DNA from: an uncultured Collinsella sp.
Lineage (GTDB): Bacteria; Actinomycetota; Coriobacteriia; Coriobacteriales; Coriobacteriaceae
Direction of reading: 5' to 3'
Assembly (NCBI GenBank): GCA_902470925.1
Contig: CABRIF010000001.1
Coordinates: 5,753-69,752 of the forward strand
Length of the DNA stretch: 64,000 nucleotides
A program made the position numbers and the translations under genes. This document shows, piece after piece, positions 47,250 to 57,057 of this stretch (position 1 is the stretch's first letter; every line of letters begins with the position of its first letter). A model generated the notes under the pieces. It was not told the DNA's origin. It did no database searches and saw only the letters and a list, made by a program, of their open reading frames with translations.

Positions 47250-48539
47250 ATGGCGAATGCGATGCCGGTGACGCGGGCGCGATGCTGGGGCTGCGGCGAG
47301 CAGGTGCCCCTCAAGTTCGGGGGTGGCACGTGCCCCTCGTGCGGCGCGTCGCTCGCCACGCCGGCGTTCGACGGCTATGCCCGCACGGTGGCGCAGGCAC
47401 GCGCCGATGACGAGCGGCGCCTGCAGGAGCTGGCATGCGAGCGCCGGCAAGCCGAGGCGCGCAATGCACGCTGGGGTGTTCTGCGGCGCCTGCCGTTTGT
47501 GCCCTCGCGGCGGCGCCTGATTGCGCTGGATGCGCAGATCGCTGCCGTGCATGAGGCGATCGCCGATCGCGCGGAGGAGTTGGGTGAGCTCGCGCGGGCT
47601 CGCTACTACGCCTCGGGCTGGTTCCGGGCAACGGGGATGGCGCTTCATCCCGACGTGGCGGACGAGCAGGCGCTCGCCGCCAACCCCTTTCGGGCCGTGC
47701 GGTATGACAGCGCCGGCGCCTTTTTGGTCGATGCCCGGCTCAAGACGATGGAGCAGCGCGGCGTGTACGGCGAGTATCTCGTATTCGACATGCTCGACGC
47801 CGCCATCGCGCGTGGCGAGCTCGGCGAGGCGCAGCTGCTGCGCGGCCTGTACGTGCCCGACCGCTCCATGGCCGCGCGCGATCCGTACGGCACGAGCTTC
47901 ACCGAGGAGATCGACATCCTGCTTGCCACCCAGCGCCGCCTGTATGTCATCGAGGTCAAGAGCCTGCGCCGGCGCATCGAGGTGCGCGCCAGCCGGTTCG
48001 GCGACCGCCTGGAGGTGCGCGCGATCCCATATCGCCGCGGCGGCAAGCTGGCCCGCGAGGACGAGCATGTCGACAAGGGACCGTCGCAAAACCACCGGCA
48101 CGTGTGCGCACTCGCCCATGAGCTGGCGGGCGAGGTGCCGCGTTCGGCGCTGGTGAACCTGACGGTGTACGTGGACAACCGGGGCTTTGCCATGGAGGCC
48201 GAGCAAGGTGTGGGCGGTGATTACGTGGCAACAACCTCGGCGGGCCCGCAGCAGGTGCTGCGCGTGATCGCGGGCATCGAGGCGTCCTGCGGCCCGCGAT
48301 GGTATGTCGACGAGCTCGATGAGCTGGTGCATCTGCTGGATATGCGCTATGCGGACGTGGACGGCTCGAAGGCCGAGGCGCATCGCCGGTCGATGGAGAT
48401 CCGGTCCCGGCGGCCGTATACCGGCGCCCACGTGGGAGGACGCTTGGAGAAGGACCGGAAGCGCGGGCGGCGGGGTGCCAACGGGCCGGCTCGGCCGCGC
48501 GACGCGGAGCTCGAGCGCATGCTGCGGGAGTACCGCTAG
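47250..48539 (+). CDS. NERD-domain (PD-(D/E)xK-like) protein with N-terminal zinc ribbon
   Basis: CWGC..CPSC; G.YGE, EIDIL, VIEVK, P.QN.RH. Confidence 0.8.
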   Translation: MANAMPVTRARCWGCGEQVPLKFGGGTCPSCGASLATPAFDGYARTVAQARADDERRLQELACERRQAEARNARWGVLRRLPFVPSRRRLIALDAQIAAVHEAIADRAEELGELARARYYASGWFRATGMALHPDVADEQALAANPFRAVRYDSAGAFLVDARLKTMEQRGVYGEYLVFDMLDAAIARGELGEAQLLRGLYVPDRSMAARDPYGTSFTEEIDILLATQRRLYVIEVKSLRRRIEVRASRFGDRLEVRAIPYRRGGKLAREDEHVDKGPSQNHRHVCALAHELAGEVPRSALVNLTVYVDNRGFAMEAEQGVGGDYVATTSAGPQQVLRVIAGIEASCGPRWYVDELDELVHLLDMRYADVDGSKAEAHRRSMEIRSRRPYTGAHVGGRLEKDRKRGRRGANGPARPRDAELERMLREYR

Positions 48540-48705
48540 GAGCGTAAACGCAGGTGGCGCGTGCCGGCCGGGCGCGCTGCCGCGGCGGTCTTCACGCCGT
48601 GTCCACGGATGCCTGCCGCGTTGTCCGGGCGGGCCGGTATACTGATGGGGTTCAAAAGACGGCGCGCCCGCGGCGCGTCCCAGTCACGCCAGGAGAGATT
48701 CGCCT

Positions 48706-51402
48706 ATGCCCAAACAGCCCTATCCGTGGGAGAAGTCCACCGCCACCGCACCGGCACCCGAGCCGGAACTGGTGCCGCTCGATTCCTACGCCGCCGCTGG
48801 CACCGCTGCGCCCGTCGTGCCTGCCGACTACGTGCCGGCCGACTACGAACCTGTCGCCGCGCCGGCGGCCCCTGCCGCACCGGCTGTCCCGGCAGTCGAT
48901 ATCGATTCGCTCAACCCCGCTCAGCGCGAGGCCGTTCTCACCACCGAGGGGCCCCTGCTCGTGCTGGCCGGCGCCGGGTCGGGCAAAACGCGCGTGCTCA
49001 CGTTCCGCATCGCGCACATGATCGCCGATCTGGGCGTGCGGCCGTGGCAGGTCCTCGCCATCACCTTCACCAACAAGGCGGCCGCCGAGATGCGCGAGCG
49101 CTTGGGTGCGCTGCTGCCCGGTGGCGGCACCCGCGGCATGTGGGTGTGCACGTTCCACGCCATGTGCGTGCGTATCCTGCGCGAGGACGCCGACCTGCTG
49201 GGCTACACGGGCCAGTTCACCATCTATGACGACGATGACTCCCGCCGCATGGTGCGCGAGATCATGCAGAACCTGGGCATCGAGCAGAAGCAATACCCCA
49301 TCAACATGATCCGCTCCAAGATCTCCACGGCCAAAAACGCCATGGTGGGGCCTGAGGAGCTCATCGAGAAGGCGAGCTCGCCGCAGGAGCAAAAGGCCGG
49401 CCAGGTGTACCTGGAGCTGGAGCGCCGCCTGCGCGCCGCCAACGCCATGGATTTCGATGACCTGCTCGTGCGCACGCTCGACCTGCTGCGCGCCCGTCCG
49501 GAGGTGCTGGAGAAGTACCAGGAGCGCTTCCGCTACATCAGCGTGGACGAGTACCAGGACACCAACCACGTGCAATACGAGATCGCCAACCTGCTGGCGG
49601 CCAAGTACCAGAACCTCATGGTCGTGGGCGACGACGACCAGTCCATCTATTCCTGGCGCGGCGCGGATATCTCCAACATCCTCGATTTCGAGAAGGACTT
49701 CAAGGCCGCCAAGGTGGTCAAGCTCGAGCAGAACTACCGCTCCACGGGCCATATCCTGGCGGCGGCCAACGCCGTGGTGCGCAACAACTCGCAGCGCAAG
49801 GACAAGCGCCTGTATACGGCCCTGGGCGATGGCGAGAAGATCCAGTCCTACCAGGCGAGCGATGAGCGCGACGAGGGGCGCTGGATCGCCTCCGAGATCG
49901 ACAAGCTGCGCGCGGCGGGCACCAGCTACGACGATATCGCGGTGTTCTACCGCACCAATGCGCAGTCGCGTATCCTGGAAGATATGTTCTTGCGCGCCGG
50001 CGTGCCCTACAAGATCGTCGGCGGCACGCGCTTCTTCGACCGTGCGGAGATCCGCGATGTGATGGCCTATCTCAAGATGATCGTAAACCCGGCAGACGAG
50101 ATGAGCGTCAAACGCATCATCAACACGCCGCGGCGCGGTATCGGTTCCACGTCCATCGCCAAAATCGAGGAGCTGGCGCGCGAGAACGCCTGCTCGTTCT
50201 TTCAGGCATGCGAGCTGGCCTGCGCGGAGACCGGCCTGTTCTCGGCGAAGGTGCGCACGGCGCTGGCAACGTTTGTGAACCTGGTGCGCGAGGGGCGCCG
50301 CATGGACGGCGAGCTCAAGGACGTGGTGGACGCTATCGTGGACAAAAGCGGGCTGGTGCAGTCCTTCCGCGCCGAGGGCACCATGGAGGCGGAGAGCCGC
50401 GCCGAGAACATCCAGGAGTTCATGGGCGTGGCGGCCGAGTTCGAGGAAACGCATGAGGATATCGAGGGCACGCTCGAGAGCCTGGAGGAGCTGCGCGCCG
50501 CCGGCGTGGGCGATGTGCCCGAGGCGGCCGCTCCGGTGACGGCGGCAGCCCCTGCTGGGATGCCCGTCCCGGCCGCCGCGATGGCCGCCGCCGAGATCGA
50601 GCGCACCTACGGGCCTTTGGCCTGCCAGGCGCTGCCGGCGCTGCTGGAGTGGCTCGCCCTGCGCAGCGACCTCGACGCCTTGGCGGGCGATACGCATGCG
50701 ATCACCATGATGACGGTCCACTCGTCCAAGGGCCTGGAGTTCCCGGCGGTGTTCGTGGCCGGTATGGAGGAGGGGATTTTCCCCCATGTGAGCGGGTGGT
50801 CCGACGATGACCCGGCCAAGCTCGAGGAGGAGCGCCGTCTGGCGTATGTGGCCATCACCCGCGCGCGCAAGCGCCTGTTCCTCACCTATGCAGCCACACG
50901 GCGCACCTACGGCTCCACGCAGGCAAACCCGCGCTCGCGCTTCATGAACGAGATTCCCGCAGAGGACATCGAGTTCTCGGGCATCGGTTCGTCGGGGTTC
51001 GAGGGCACCGGCTGGGAGAAGCGCGGCGACCGCCGGGGAACGTTTGGTTCGGGCCAGGGCTCGGACATGTACGGGGGCCGCGTGTTCGGATCCTACACGC
51101 GCTCGACGCCCGGCACGCAGCGGCACACCGGCATCAGTCCCGATGCGGGTCGCAAGCCCTCGACCTTCGGCTCGGGTGCTCCGCGGCCGCGGAAGACGGC
51201 CGTGTCGGCCACCGTGGAGCGGCGGGTGGACGCGCAGGCCGCTGCGGCGACGTTTGCGGCGGGTGACCGGGTGAGCCACAAGACGTTCGGCACGGGCACC
51301 GTGGTGGAGGCCGCCGGCGATATGATCGAGGTGCAGTTCGACAAGAGCGGCCAGGTCAAGAAGCTTATGAAGGGGTTCGCGCCCATCGTGAAGATCGGGT
51401 AG
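48706..51402 (+). CDS. pcrA: UvrD/PcrA DNA helicase
   Basis: LAGAGSGKT, TFTNKAA, VDEYQD, GDDDQSIY, EEERRLAYVAITRA, C-terminal Tudor-like domain. Confidence 0.95.
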   Translation: MPKQPYPWEKSTATAPAPEPELVPLDSYAAAGTAAPVVPADYVPADYEPVAAPAAPAAPAVPAVDIDSLNPAQREAVLTTEGPLLVLAGAGSGKTRVLTFRIAHMIADLGVRPWQVLAITFTNKAAAEMRERLGALLPGGGTRGMWVCTFHAMCVRILREDADLLGYTGQFTIYDDDDSRRMVREIMQNLGIEQKQYPINMIRSKISTAKNAMVGPEELIEKASSPQEQKAGQVYLELERRLRAANAMDFDDLLVRTLDLLRARPEVLEKYQERFRYISVDEYQDTNHVQYEIANLLAAKYQNLMVVGDDDQSIYSWRGADISNILDFEKDFKAAKVVKLEQNYRSTGHILAAANAVVRNNSQRKDKRLYTALGDGEKIQSYQASDERDEGRWIASEIDKLRAAGTSYDDIAVFYRTNAQSRILEDMFLRAGVPYKIVGGTRFFDRAEIRDVMAYLKMIVNPADEMSVKRIINTPRRGIGSTSIAKIEELARENACSFFQACELACAETGLFSAKVRTALATFVNLVREGRRMDGELKDVVDAIVDKSGLVQSFRAEGTMEAESRAENIQEFMGVAAEFEETHEDIEGTLESLEELRAAGVGDVPEAAAPVTAAAPAGMPVPAAAMAAAEIERTYGPLACQALPALLEWLALRSDLDALAGDTHAITMMTVHSSKGLEFPAVFVAGMEEGIFPHVSGWSDDDPAKLEEERRLAYVAITRARKRLFLTYAATRRTYGSTQANPRSRFMNEIPAEDIEFSGIGSSGFEGTGWEKRGDRRGTFGSGQGSDMYGGRVFGSYTRSTPGTQRHTGISPDAGRKPSTFGSGAPRPRKTAVSATVERRVDAQAAAATFAAGDRVSHKTFGTGTVVEAAGDMIEVQFDKSGQVKKLMKGFAPIVKIG

Positions 51403-51502
51403 GACCGGCTGGCTGCGAGCGGGCTGATCGCCTGCCGGCCGGCACGCCGGCGGACCCGCTCGGCGCGCTGGCCGCCGAGCGGGTCCATACCATCGATGCA
51501 TG

Positions 51503-51538
51503 AAAAACGGGACGCACCGCACGTGGTGCGTCCCGTTT
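51503..51538. terminator. Bidirectional terminator between pcrA and pyk
   Basis: aaaaacgggacgcacc..ggtgcgtcccgttt. Confidence 0.8.
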
Positions 51539-51565
51539 GCTTTAAGCGCTTGTGTGCGCAGCCGT

Positions 51566-53026
51566 TTAGCGGACCTGAGCCACGTAGGCGAGGTTGGTGG
51601 AGGACACCTTGTCCTCCAGCTGCACGGACAGGCGGGCATCGCCGGCGGTGGCAACGGTGAGGTCGCCCTTCTCGACGTAGCCGAGCTCCTTGGCGGTCTC
51701 GATCGCCTTCACGATCGTGCCGTTGACGGTGCCCTGGGTGATCTCGGCCTGGTGCGGGATGACGCCCCAGTACATGATCATCTGCTGGACGGCCCAGTCG
51801 TGGCGGGAGAACGCGCAGATGGGCATGTTCGGACGGAAGTGCGAGATGAGGCGAGCGGTGCGGCCGGTCGTGGTGGGAACGGTGATGCACTTGGCGCCGA
51901 CGGTGGTGGCCATGTTCACCGCGGAGAGGCCCACGACGTTGTTGACCACGCGGGTGCCGTGTGCGCCCTCGGGCACCTTGAGCTCGGCGTGAGCCGGGAG
52001 GTGCTTCTCGGTCTCGATGGCGATCTGGGCCTGCATGCGCACGGCCTCGACCGGGTACTTGCCGGCAGCGGACTCACCGGAGAGCATGACGGCGTCGGTG
52101 CCGTCGTAGATGGCGTTGGCCACGTCGGCAACCTCGGCGCGCGTCGGGCGCGGGTTGTGCTGCATGGAGTCGAGCATCTGGGTGGCGGTGATCACGGGCT
52201 TGTAGGCCGCGTTGCACTTGGCGATGATCTCCTTCTGGATGTGCGGCACGAGCTCCGGGGCGATCTCGATGCCCAGGTCGCCGCGAGCGACCATGATGCC
52301 GTCGGAAGCGGCGAGGATCTCGTCGAACTTCTCGACGCCCAGGGCGCACTCGATCTTCGGGAAGATGGTGACGTGCTCGCCGCCGTTGGCGTGGCACAGC
52401 TCGCGGATCTCCTCGACGGCCTTGCCGTTGCGGATGAAGGAGACCGCGATGTAGTCGATGTTCTGGGTGAGGCCGAACAGGATGTCGGCGCGGTCGCGCT
52501 CGGTGACGGCGGGCAGGGAGATGTCGACGTTGGGGATGTTGACGCCCTTGCGCTCGCCGATCAGGCCGCTGTTCATGACGACGCAGTGCATGTCCTGGCC
52601 CTCGACGGACTCGACCTTGAGGCCCACCAGGCCGTCATCGATCAGGATGATGGAGCCGGCCTCGGCCTCGGAGGGGAGCTGGAGGTAGTCGAGCGAGATG
52701 TGGGAGGCGTTGCCGAGCCAGTCCTCGGAGGTGGGCTGAGCGGTGACGATGATCTTGTCGCCGGCGTTCACCTGGACCTTGGCGTGACCCTCGAGCAGGC
52801 CGGTGCGAACCTCGGGACCCTTGGTGTCGAGCAGGATGCCGATGGGCTGGCCGAGCTCGGCGGCGATGCGGCGGACACGCTCGATGCGCGCTTGATGCTC
52901 CTCGTAGTCGCCGTGCGAGAAGTTGAAGCGGGCGACGTTCATGCCCGCCTTGATCATCTCGCGGATGGTCTCGTCGTTATCGCAGGCGGGACCCATGGTG
53001 CATACGATTTTGGTGCGCTTGTACAT
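51566..53026 (-). CDS. pyk: Pyruvate kinase
   Basis: TKIVCTMGP, RFNFSHG, DTKGPE, MVARGDLG, TQMLDSM. Confidence 0.97.
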   Translation of the reverse strand: MYKRTKIVCTMGPACDNDETIREMIKAGMNVARFNFSHGDYEEHQARIERVRRIAAELGQPIGILLDTKGPEVRTGLLEGHAKVQVNAGDKIIVTAQPTSEDWLGNASHISLDYLQLPSEAEAGSIILIDDGLVGLKVESVEGQDMHCVVMNSGLIGERKGVNIPNVDISLPAVTERDRADILFGLTQNIDYIAVSFIRNGKAVEEIRELCHANGGEHVTIFPKIECALGVEKFDEILAASDGIMVARGDLGIEIAPELVPHIQKEIIAKCNAAYKPVITATQMLDSMQHNPRPTRAEVADVANAIYDGTDAVMLSGESAAGKYPVEAVRMQAQIAIETEKHLPAHAELKVPEGAHGTRVVNNVVGLSAVNMATTVGAKCITVPTTTGRTARLISHFRPNMPICAFSRHDWAVQQMIMYWGVIPHQAEITQGTVNGTIVKAIETAKELGYVEKGDLTVATAGDARLSVQLEDKVSSTNLAYVAQVR

Positions 53027-53183
53027 TCAGACCTCCATCTGATTTTGCGCGTACAGATACAACCTGAGTAATGCGATGCCATTATAGCCAAGTAAGGTAC
53101 CGCACGACTGCCAGAATCGCGCGTGGCGCAATTCCGAGGGGAAAAGTCACAGCGCGGCAAACGCATGTCACGTTTGCGTACTC

Positions 53184-53198
53184 ATGAAAGCGGTTGCA
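53184..53198. promoter_or_regulatory. cre/LacI-type operator-like site
   Basis: ATGAAAGCGGTTGCA fits WTGNAANCGNWNNCW; lies between divergent pyk and yhcH. Confidence 0.45.
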
Positions 53199-53337
53199 TA
53201 CACGCGTCGTTCCGAAGCGGATATCGCCGGAGAGGTGCGCGGCGAGGGGATTTATAATCCCACATCGGGTGAGGGCTGCCGCTAACGCGGTGCTGCCGGA
53301 GCTGACGAGCACGAGAAATCGACAGATAGGAGCAATC

Positions 53338-53826
53338 ATGATCTACGACGGACTTTCGGTCATTGGGCGCTACCGTGGCGTGTCGCGGGGGCTGGACGTG
53401 CTGATTGATTGGCTGGCCGAGAACGATCCGGCGCAGCTGCCGCTGGGCAAGACCCAGATCTGCGGCGACCGCGTATTCGCCAACGTCATGGAGGCAACCA
53501 CGCGCACATTCGAGGAGGCGCGCTTCGAGACCCATCGTCGCTACATGGACGTCCAGATCGACCTTGAGGGCGCCGAGTGCTTCAAGACCACGCCGGGCGC
53601 CATGGTGGCAATCGAGGAGTTCGACGAGGCGACCGACGGCGGCTACTGCCAGCCCGCCCCCGATAACCACGACCTGCTCGACGGCACGCTCGAGCACGGG
53701 CACTTCGTCGTATACATGGTCGGCGAGCCCCATATGCCCAACCTGGTGGTGCCCGGCTGCGAGGTCGGCCCCATCAAGAAGATCTGCTTCAAGGTCCTGG
53801 CCGATGCCTTCTGGGACGAGGCGTAA
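53338..53826 (+). CDS. YhcH/YjgK/YiaL family protein
   Basis: FETHRRYMDVQ, GEPHMP, KKICFKV. Confidence 0.88.
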   Translation: MIYDGLSVIGRYRGVSRGLDVLIDWLAENDPAQLPLGKTQICGDRVFANVMEATTRTFEEARFETHRRYMDVQIDLEGAECFKTTPGAMVAIEEFDEATDGGYCQPAPDNHDLLDGTLEHGHFVVYMVGEPHMPNLVVPGCEVGPIKKICFKVLADAFWDEA

Positions 53827-53833
53827 GAGCTTC

Positions 53834-53984
53834 TTGCGATAGCGGTGCTGTGTGCGCTACTATGAAGGTTTGTTATTCATCGCTGTTCAGCATGGCAGCC
53901 TTGATGAGCCCTTGCCCTGCACTCCTGGGGAATTATGATCGGGCATCAATCTGCTGGGCAGCCAGACCCAGGAGGTAGAACCAA
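53834..53984 (+). promoter_or_regulatory. Promoter and structured 5' leader of the P-type ATPase
   Basis: TTGCGA-18-TACTAT; leader has complementary segments covering the SD. Confidence 0.5.
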
Positions 53985-56657
53985 TTGGAAAAAGAGTACT
54001 TGGCCTCGGCTGAGGACGTGCTTGCGGCGCAGTCCACGGACGCGCAGGCGGGCCTTGCTGCTGCCGAGGCGAGCACGCGCCTGGCGAGCGTGGGCCCCAA
54101 CAAGCTCGATGAAGAGGAGAAGACGCCGCTGTGGAAGCGCTTCTTCGAGCAGATGGCCGACCCGATGGTCATCATGCTGCTCGTGGCTGCCGCTATCTCG
54201 GTGATCACCGGCTTCATCCAGGGTGAGCCCGAGTGGGCAGACGCTGCCATCATCCTGTCCGTCGTTATCCTGAATTCCGTCCTCGGCGTGGTCCAGGAGG
54301 CGAAAAGCGAGCAGGCGCTCGAGGCGCTGCAGGAGATGAGCGCCGCGCAGTCCAAGGTCATGCGCGACGGCAAGCTGGTCCATATGGCCAGCTCTGAGCT
54401 CGTCCCCGGCGACGTTGTGCTGCTGGAGGCCGGCGATTCGGTGCCCGCCGACTGCCGTGTGCTGGAGAGCGCCTCGATGAAGATCGAGGAGGCGGCCCTC
54501 ACCGGCGAGTCCGTGCCGGTGGAGAAACACGCCGAGCAGATCGAGCTCGCCGCGGGCACCGACGACGTGCCGCTGGGCGACCGCAAGAACATGTGCTACA
54601 TGGGTTCCACCGTGGTGTACGGCCGCGGCCGCGCCGTCGTGGTGGGCACCGGCATGCATACCGAGATGGGCAAGATCGCCACAGCCCTCACGCAGGCCAA
54701 GAAGGAGCTCACGCCGCTGCAGATGAAGCTCAACGAGCTCTCTGGCATCCTGACCAAGCTCGTGCTGGCCATCTGCGTGATCATCTTCGCCGTGGATATC
54801 GTGCGTCACTTCGGCGAGCTGGGGACCAACCCCGAGATGCTGCTCGACACCTTCATGGTTGCCGTGTCACTTGCCGTGGCCGCCATCCCCGAGGGCCTGG
54901 TCGCCGTGGTGACCATCGTGCTGTCCATGGGCGTCACCAAGATGTCGAAGCGCCAGGCCATCATCCGCAAGATGACCGCCGTGGAGACCCTCGGCTGCAC
55001 CCAGATCATCTGCTCCGATAAGACCGGCACCCTCACCCAGAACAAGATGACCGTCGTCAAGCACGAGCTCGCTGCCGACGAGGACAAGTTCCTGGCGGGC
55101 ATGGCGCTGTGCTCCGACGCCAAGTGGGACGAGGACAAGGGCGAGGCCGTGGGCGAGCCCACCGAGTGCGCGCTGGTGAATGACGCCGCCAAGGCGGGCA
55201 TGACCGGCCTCGACGTTGAGCACCCGCGCGTGGGCGAGGCCCCGTTCGATTCCGGCCGCAAGATGATGTCCGTGGTGGTCAAGGGCCTCGACGACAGCTT
55301 CGAGCAGTTCACCAAGGGCGCGCCCGACGTGGTGATCGGCCTGTGCACCCACGTGTACGATAACGGCACGATCGTGCCGATGACCGACGAGCGCCGCGAC
55401 CAGATCCTGGCCGCCAACAAGGCCATGGCCGACCAGGCCCTGCGCGTGCTGGCGTTGGCTTCGCGCACCTACAGCGAGGTTCCTGCCGACTTCGCGCCTG
55501 AGGCCCTCGAGCACGACCTGGTGTTCTGCGGCCTGTCCGGCATGATCGACCCGGTCCGCCCCGAGGTCACCGCGGCCATCGTGGAGGCCAAGGAGGCCGG
55601 TATCCGCCCGGTCATGATCACCGGCGACCATATCGATACCGCCGTGGCGATCGCGAAGGATTTGGGCATCGTTTCGGATGCCTCCCAGGCCATCACCGGC
55701 GCTCAGCTCGACAAGATCTCCGACGAGGACTTCAAGACCCGCGTGACCGAGATCTCCGTGTACGCGCGCGTCCAGCCCGAGCACAAGGCGCGCATCGTCG
55801 ACGCCTGGAAGGGCCTGGGCAACATCGTGGCCATGACCGGCGACGGCGTGAACGACGCGCCGTCCATCAAGCGCGCCGACATCGGCGTGGGCATGGGCAT
55901 CACCGGCACCGACGTCACCAAGAACGTGGCCGACATGGTGCTTGCCGATGACAACTTCGCCACCATCATAAACGCGGTGGAGGAAGGCCGTCGTATCTAC
56001 GACAACATCCGCAAGGTCATCCAGTTCCTGCTGTCCGCCAACATCGCCGAGGTACTCTCGGTGTTCGTGGCCACGCTGATCGGCTTCACGATCTTCCAGC
56101 CGGTGCAGCTGCTGTGGATCAACCTCATCACCGACTCCCTGCCGGCGCTCGCGCTCGGCATGGAGGAGGCTGAGGGCGACGTCATGAAGCGCAAGCCGCG
56201 CCGCGCCTCCGATGGCGTGTTCGCCGGCGGCATGGGGCTGGACATCGCGTTCCAGGGTGTGATCATCACCCTGCTGGTGCTGGCTTCGTTCTTCACGGGC
56301 ATGTATATCCACAACGGCTCCATCGACCTGAGCATGCTGCTCGACGGTGTGCCGGATGCCGAGGGCGTGACCATGTCGTTCATCACCCTGTCCATGGTCG
56401 AGATCTTCCACTCCTTCAACATGCGCAGCCGCCGCGCTTCCATCTTCGCGATGAAGCAGCAGAACAAGTGGCTGTGGGGCGCTGCGGTGTTGGCGCTCGT
56501 GCTGACGGTGATTCCGGTCGAGGTCGACTTCCTGGCCGAGGTCTTCGGCTTCATGCCGCTGCCCGCCGAGGCGCTGCTGGCGGCTCTGGGCTTGGCCTTC
56601 CTGATCATCCCGATCATGGAGATCTACAAGTTCGTGATGCGCTCGATCGAGAAGTAG
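53985..56657 (+). CDS. Cation-translocating P-type ATPase (P2A, Ca2+-type)
   Basis: TGES, IPEGL, DKTGTLT, KGAP, MITGD, TGDGVND, LWINLITD; TTG start after AGGAGG. Confidence 0.95.
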   Translation: MEKEYLASAEDVLAAQSTDAQAGLAAAEASTRLASVGPNKLDEEEKTPLWKRFFEQMADPMVIMLLVAAAISVITGFIQGEPEWADAAIILSVVILNSVLGVVQEAKSEQALEALQEMSAAQSKVMRDGKLVHMASSELVPGDVVLLEAGDSVPADCRVLESASMKIEEAALTGESVPVEKHAEQIELAAGTDDVPLGDRKNMCYMGSTVVYGRGRAVVVGTGMHTEMGKIATALTQAKKELTPLQMKLNELSGILTKLVLAICVIIFAVDIVRHFGELGTNPEMLLDTFMVAVSLAVAAIPEGLVAVVTIVLSMGVTKMSKRQAIIRKMTAVETLGCTQIICSDKTGTLTQNKMTVVKHELAADEDKFLAGMALCSDAKWDEDKGEAVGEPTECALVNDAAKAGMTGLDVEHPRVGEAPFDSGRKMMSVVVKGLDDSFEQFTKGAPDVVIGLCTHVYDNGTIVPMTDERRDQILAANKAMADQALRVLALASRTYSEVPADFAPEALEHDLVFCGLSGMIDPVRPEVTAAIVEAKEAGIRPVMITGDHIDTAVAIAKDLGIVSDASQAITGAQLDKISDEDFKTRVTEISVYARVQPEHKARIVDAWKGLGNIVAMTGDGVNDAPSIKRADIGVGMGITGTDVTKNVADMVLADDNFATIINAVEEGRRIYDNIRKVIQFLLSANIAEVLSVFVATLIGFTIFQPVQLLWINLITDSLPALALGMEEAEGDVMKRKPRRASDGVFAGGMGLDIAFQGVIITLLVLASFFTGMYIHNGSIDLSMLLDGVPDAEGVTMSFITLSMVEIFHSFNMRSRRASIFAMKQQNKWLWGAAVLALVLTVIPVEVDFLAEVFGFMPLPAEALLAALGLAFLIIPIMEIYKFVMRSIEK

Positions 56658-56971
56658 GCGAGCGGGTACCTGTCGCGCCGGGACAGTCCGGCGCGCCGGC
56701 GCGCTGCGTAGCGTGCACGTGTGGGGCGCGGTCCGTTGGGGCCGCGCCTTTTTTGTGTGCCGTGCGGCTGTGGGTGGCGGCGAGGTGCGTATGCCGTGCG
56801 GCTGTGGGTGCGATGGCGGCGGCGAGGCGTGTGGGGCGCGCTGCGCGGGGCACGCGGTGGCGCGGGCAGTGGGCAGCGATGTGCGCCGTTGGGGTCTCGA
56901 CCCGGCTTCGATGGCCGTGCGGCGCCATCGGCGGTGCTTTTAGCCGCCCGACTGCCGAGCTCTTCCGTTTA

Positions 56972-57017
56972 CATAAGTCGACTTTACATAAGTGAATTCA
57001 TGTAAAGTCGACTTATG
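56972..57017. promoter_or_regulatory. Perfect 18-bp inverted repeat upstream of the AAA gene
   Basis: CATAAGTCGACTTTACAT-10 nt-ATGTAAAGTCGACTTATG. Confidence 0.8.
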
Positions 57018-57057
57018 CTATTCTGGTAGAGGAAATGCGAGAACAGGAGGACAGATT

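Noticed and set aside
48652..51654. 1000-aa antisense ORF (likewise 44836-47205, 51500-53071, 54867-56411)
   Set aside because: Shadows of pcrA, the M16 peptidase, pyk and the ATPase.
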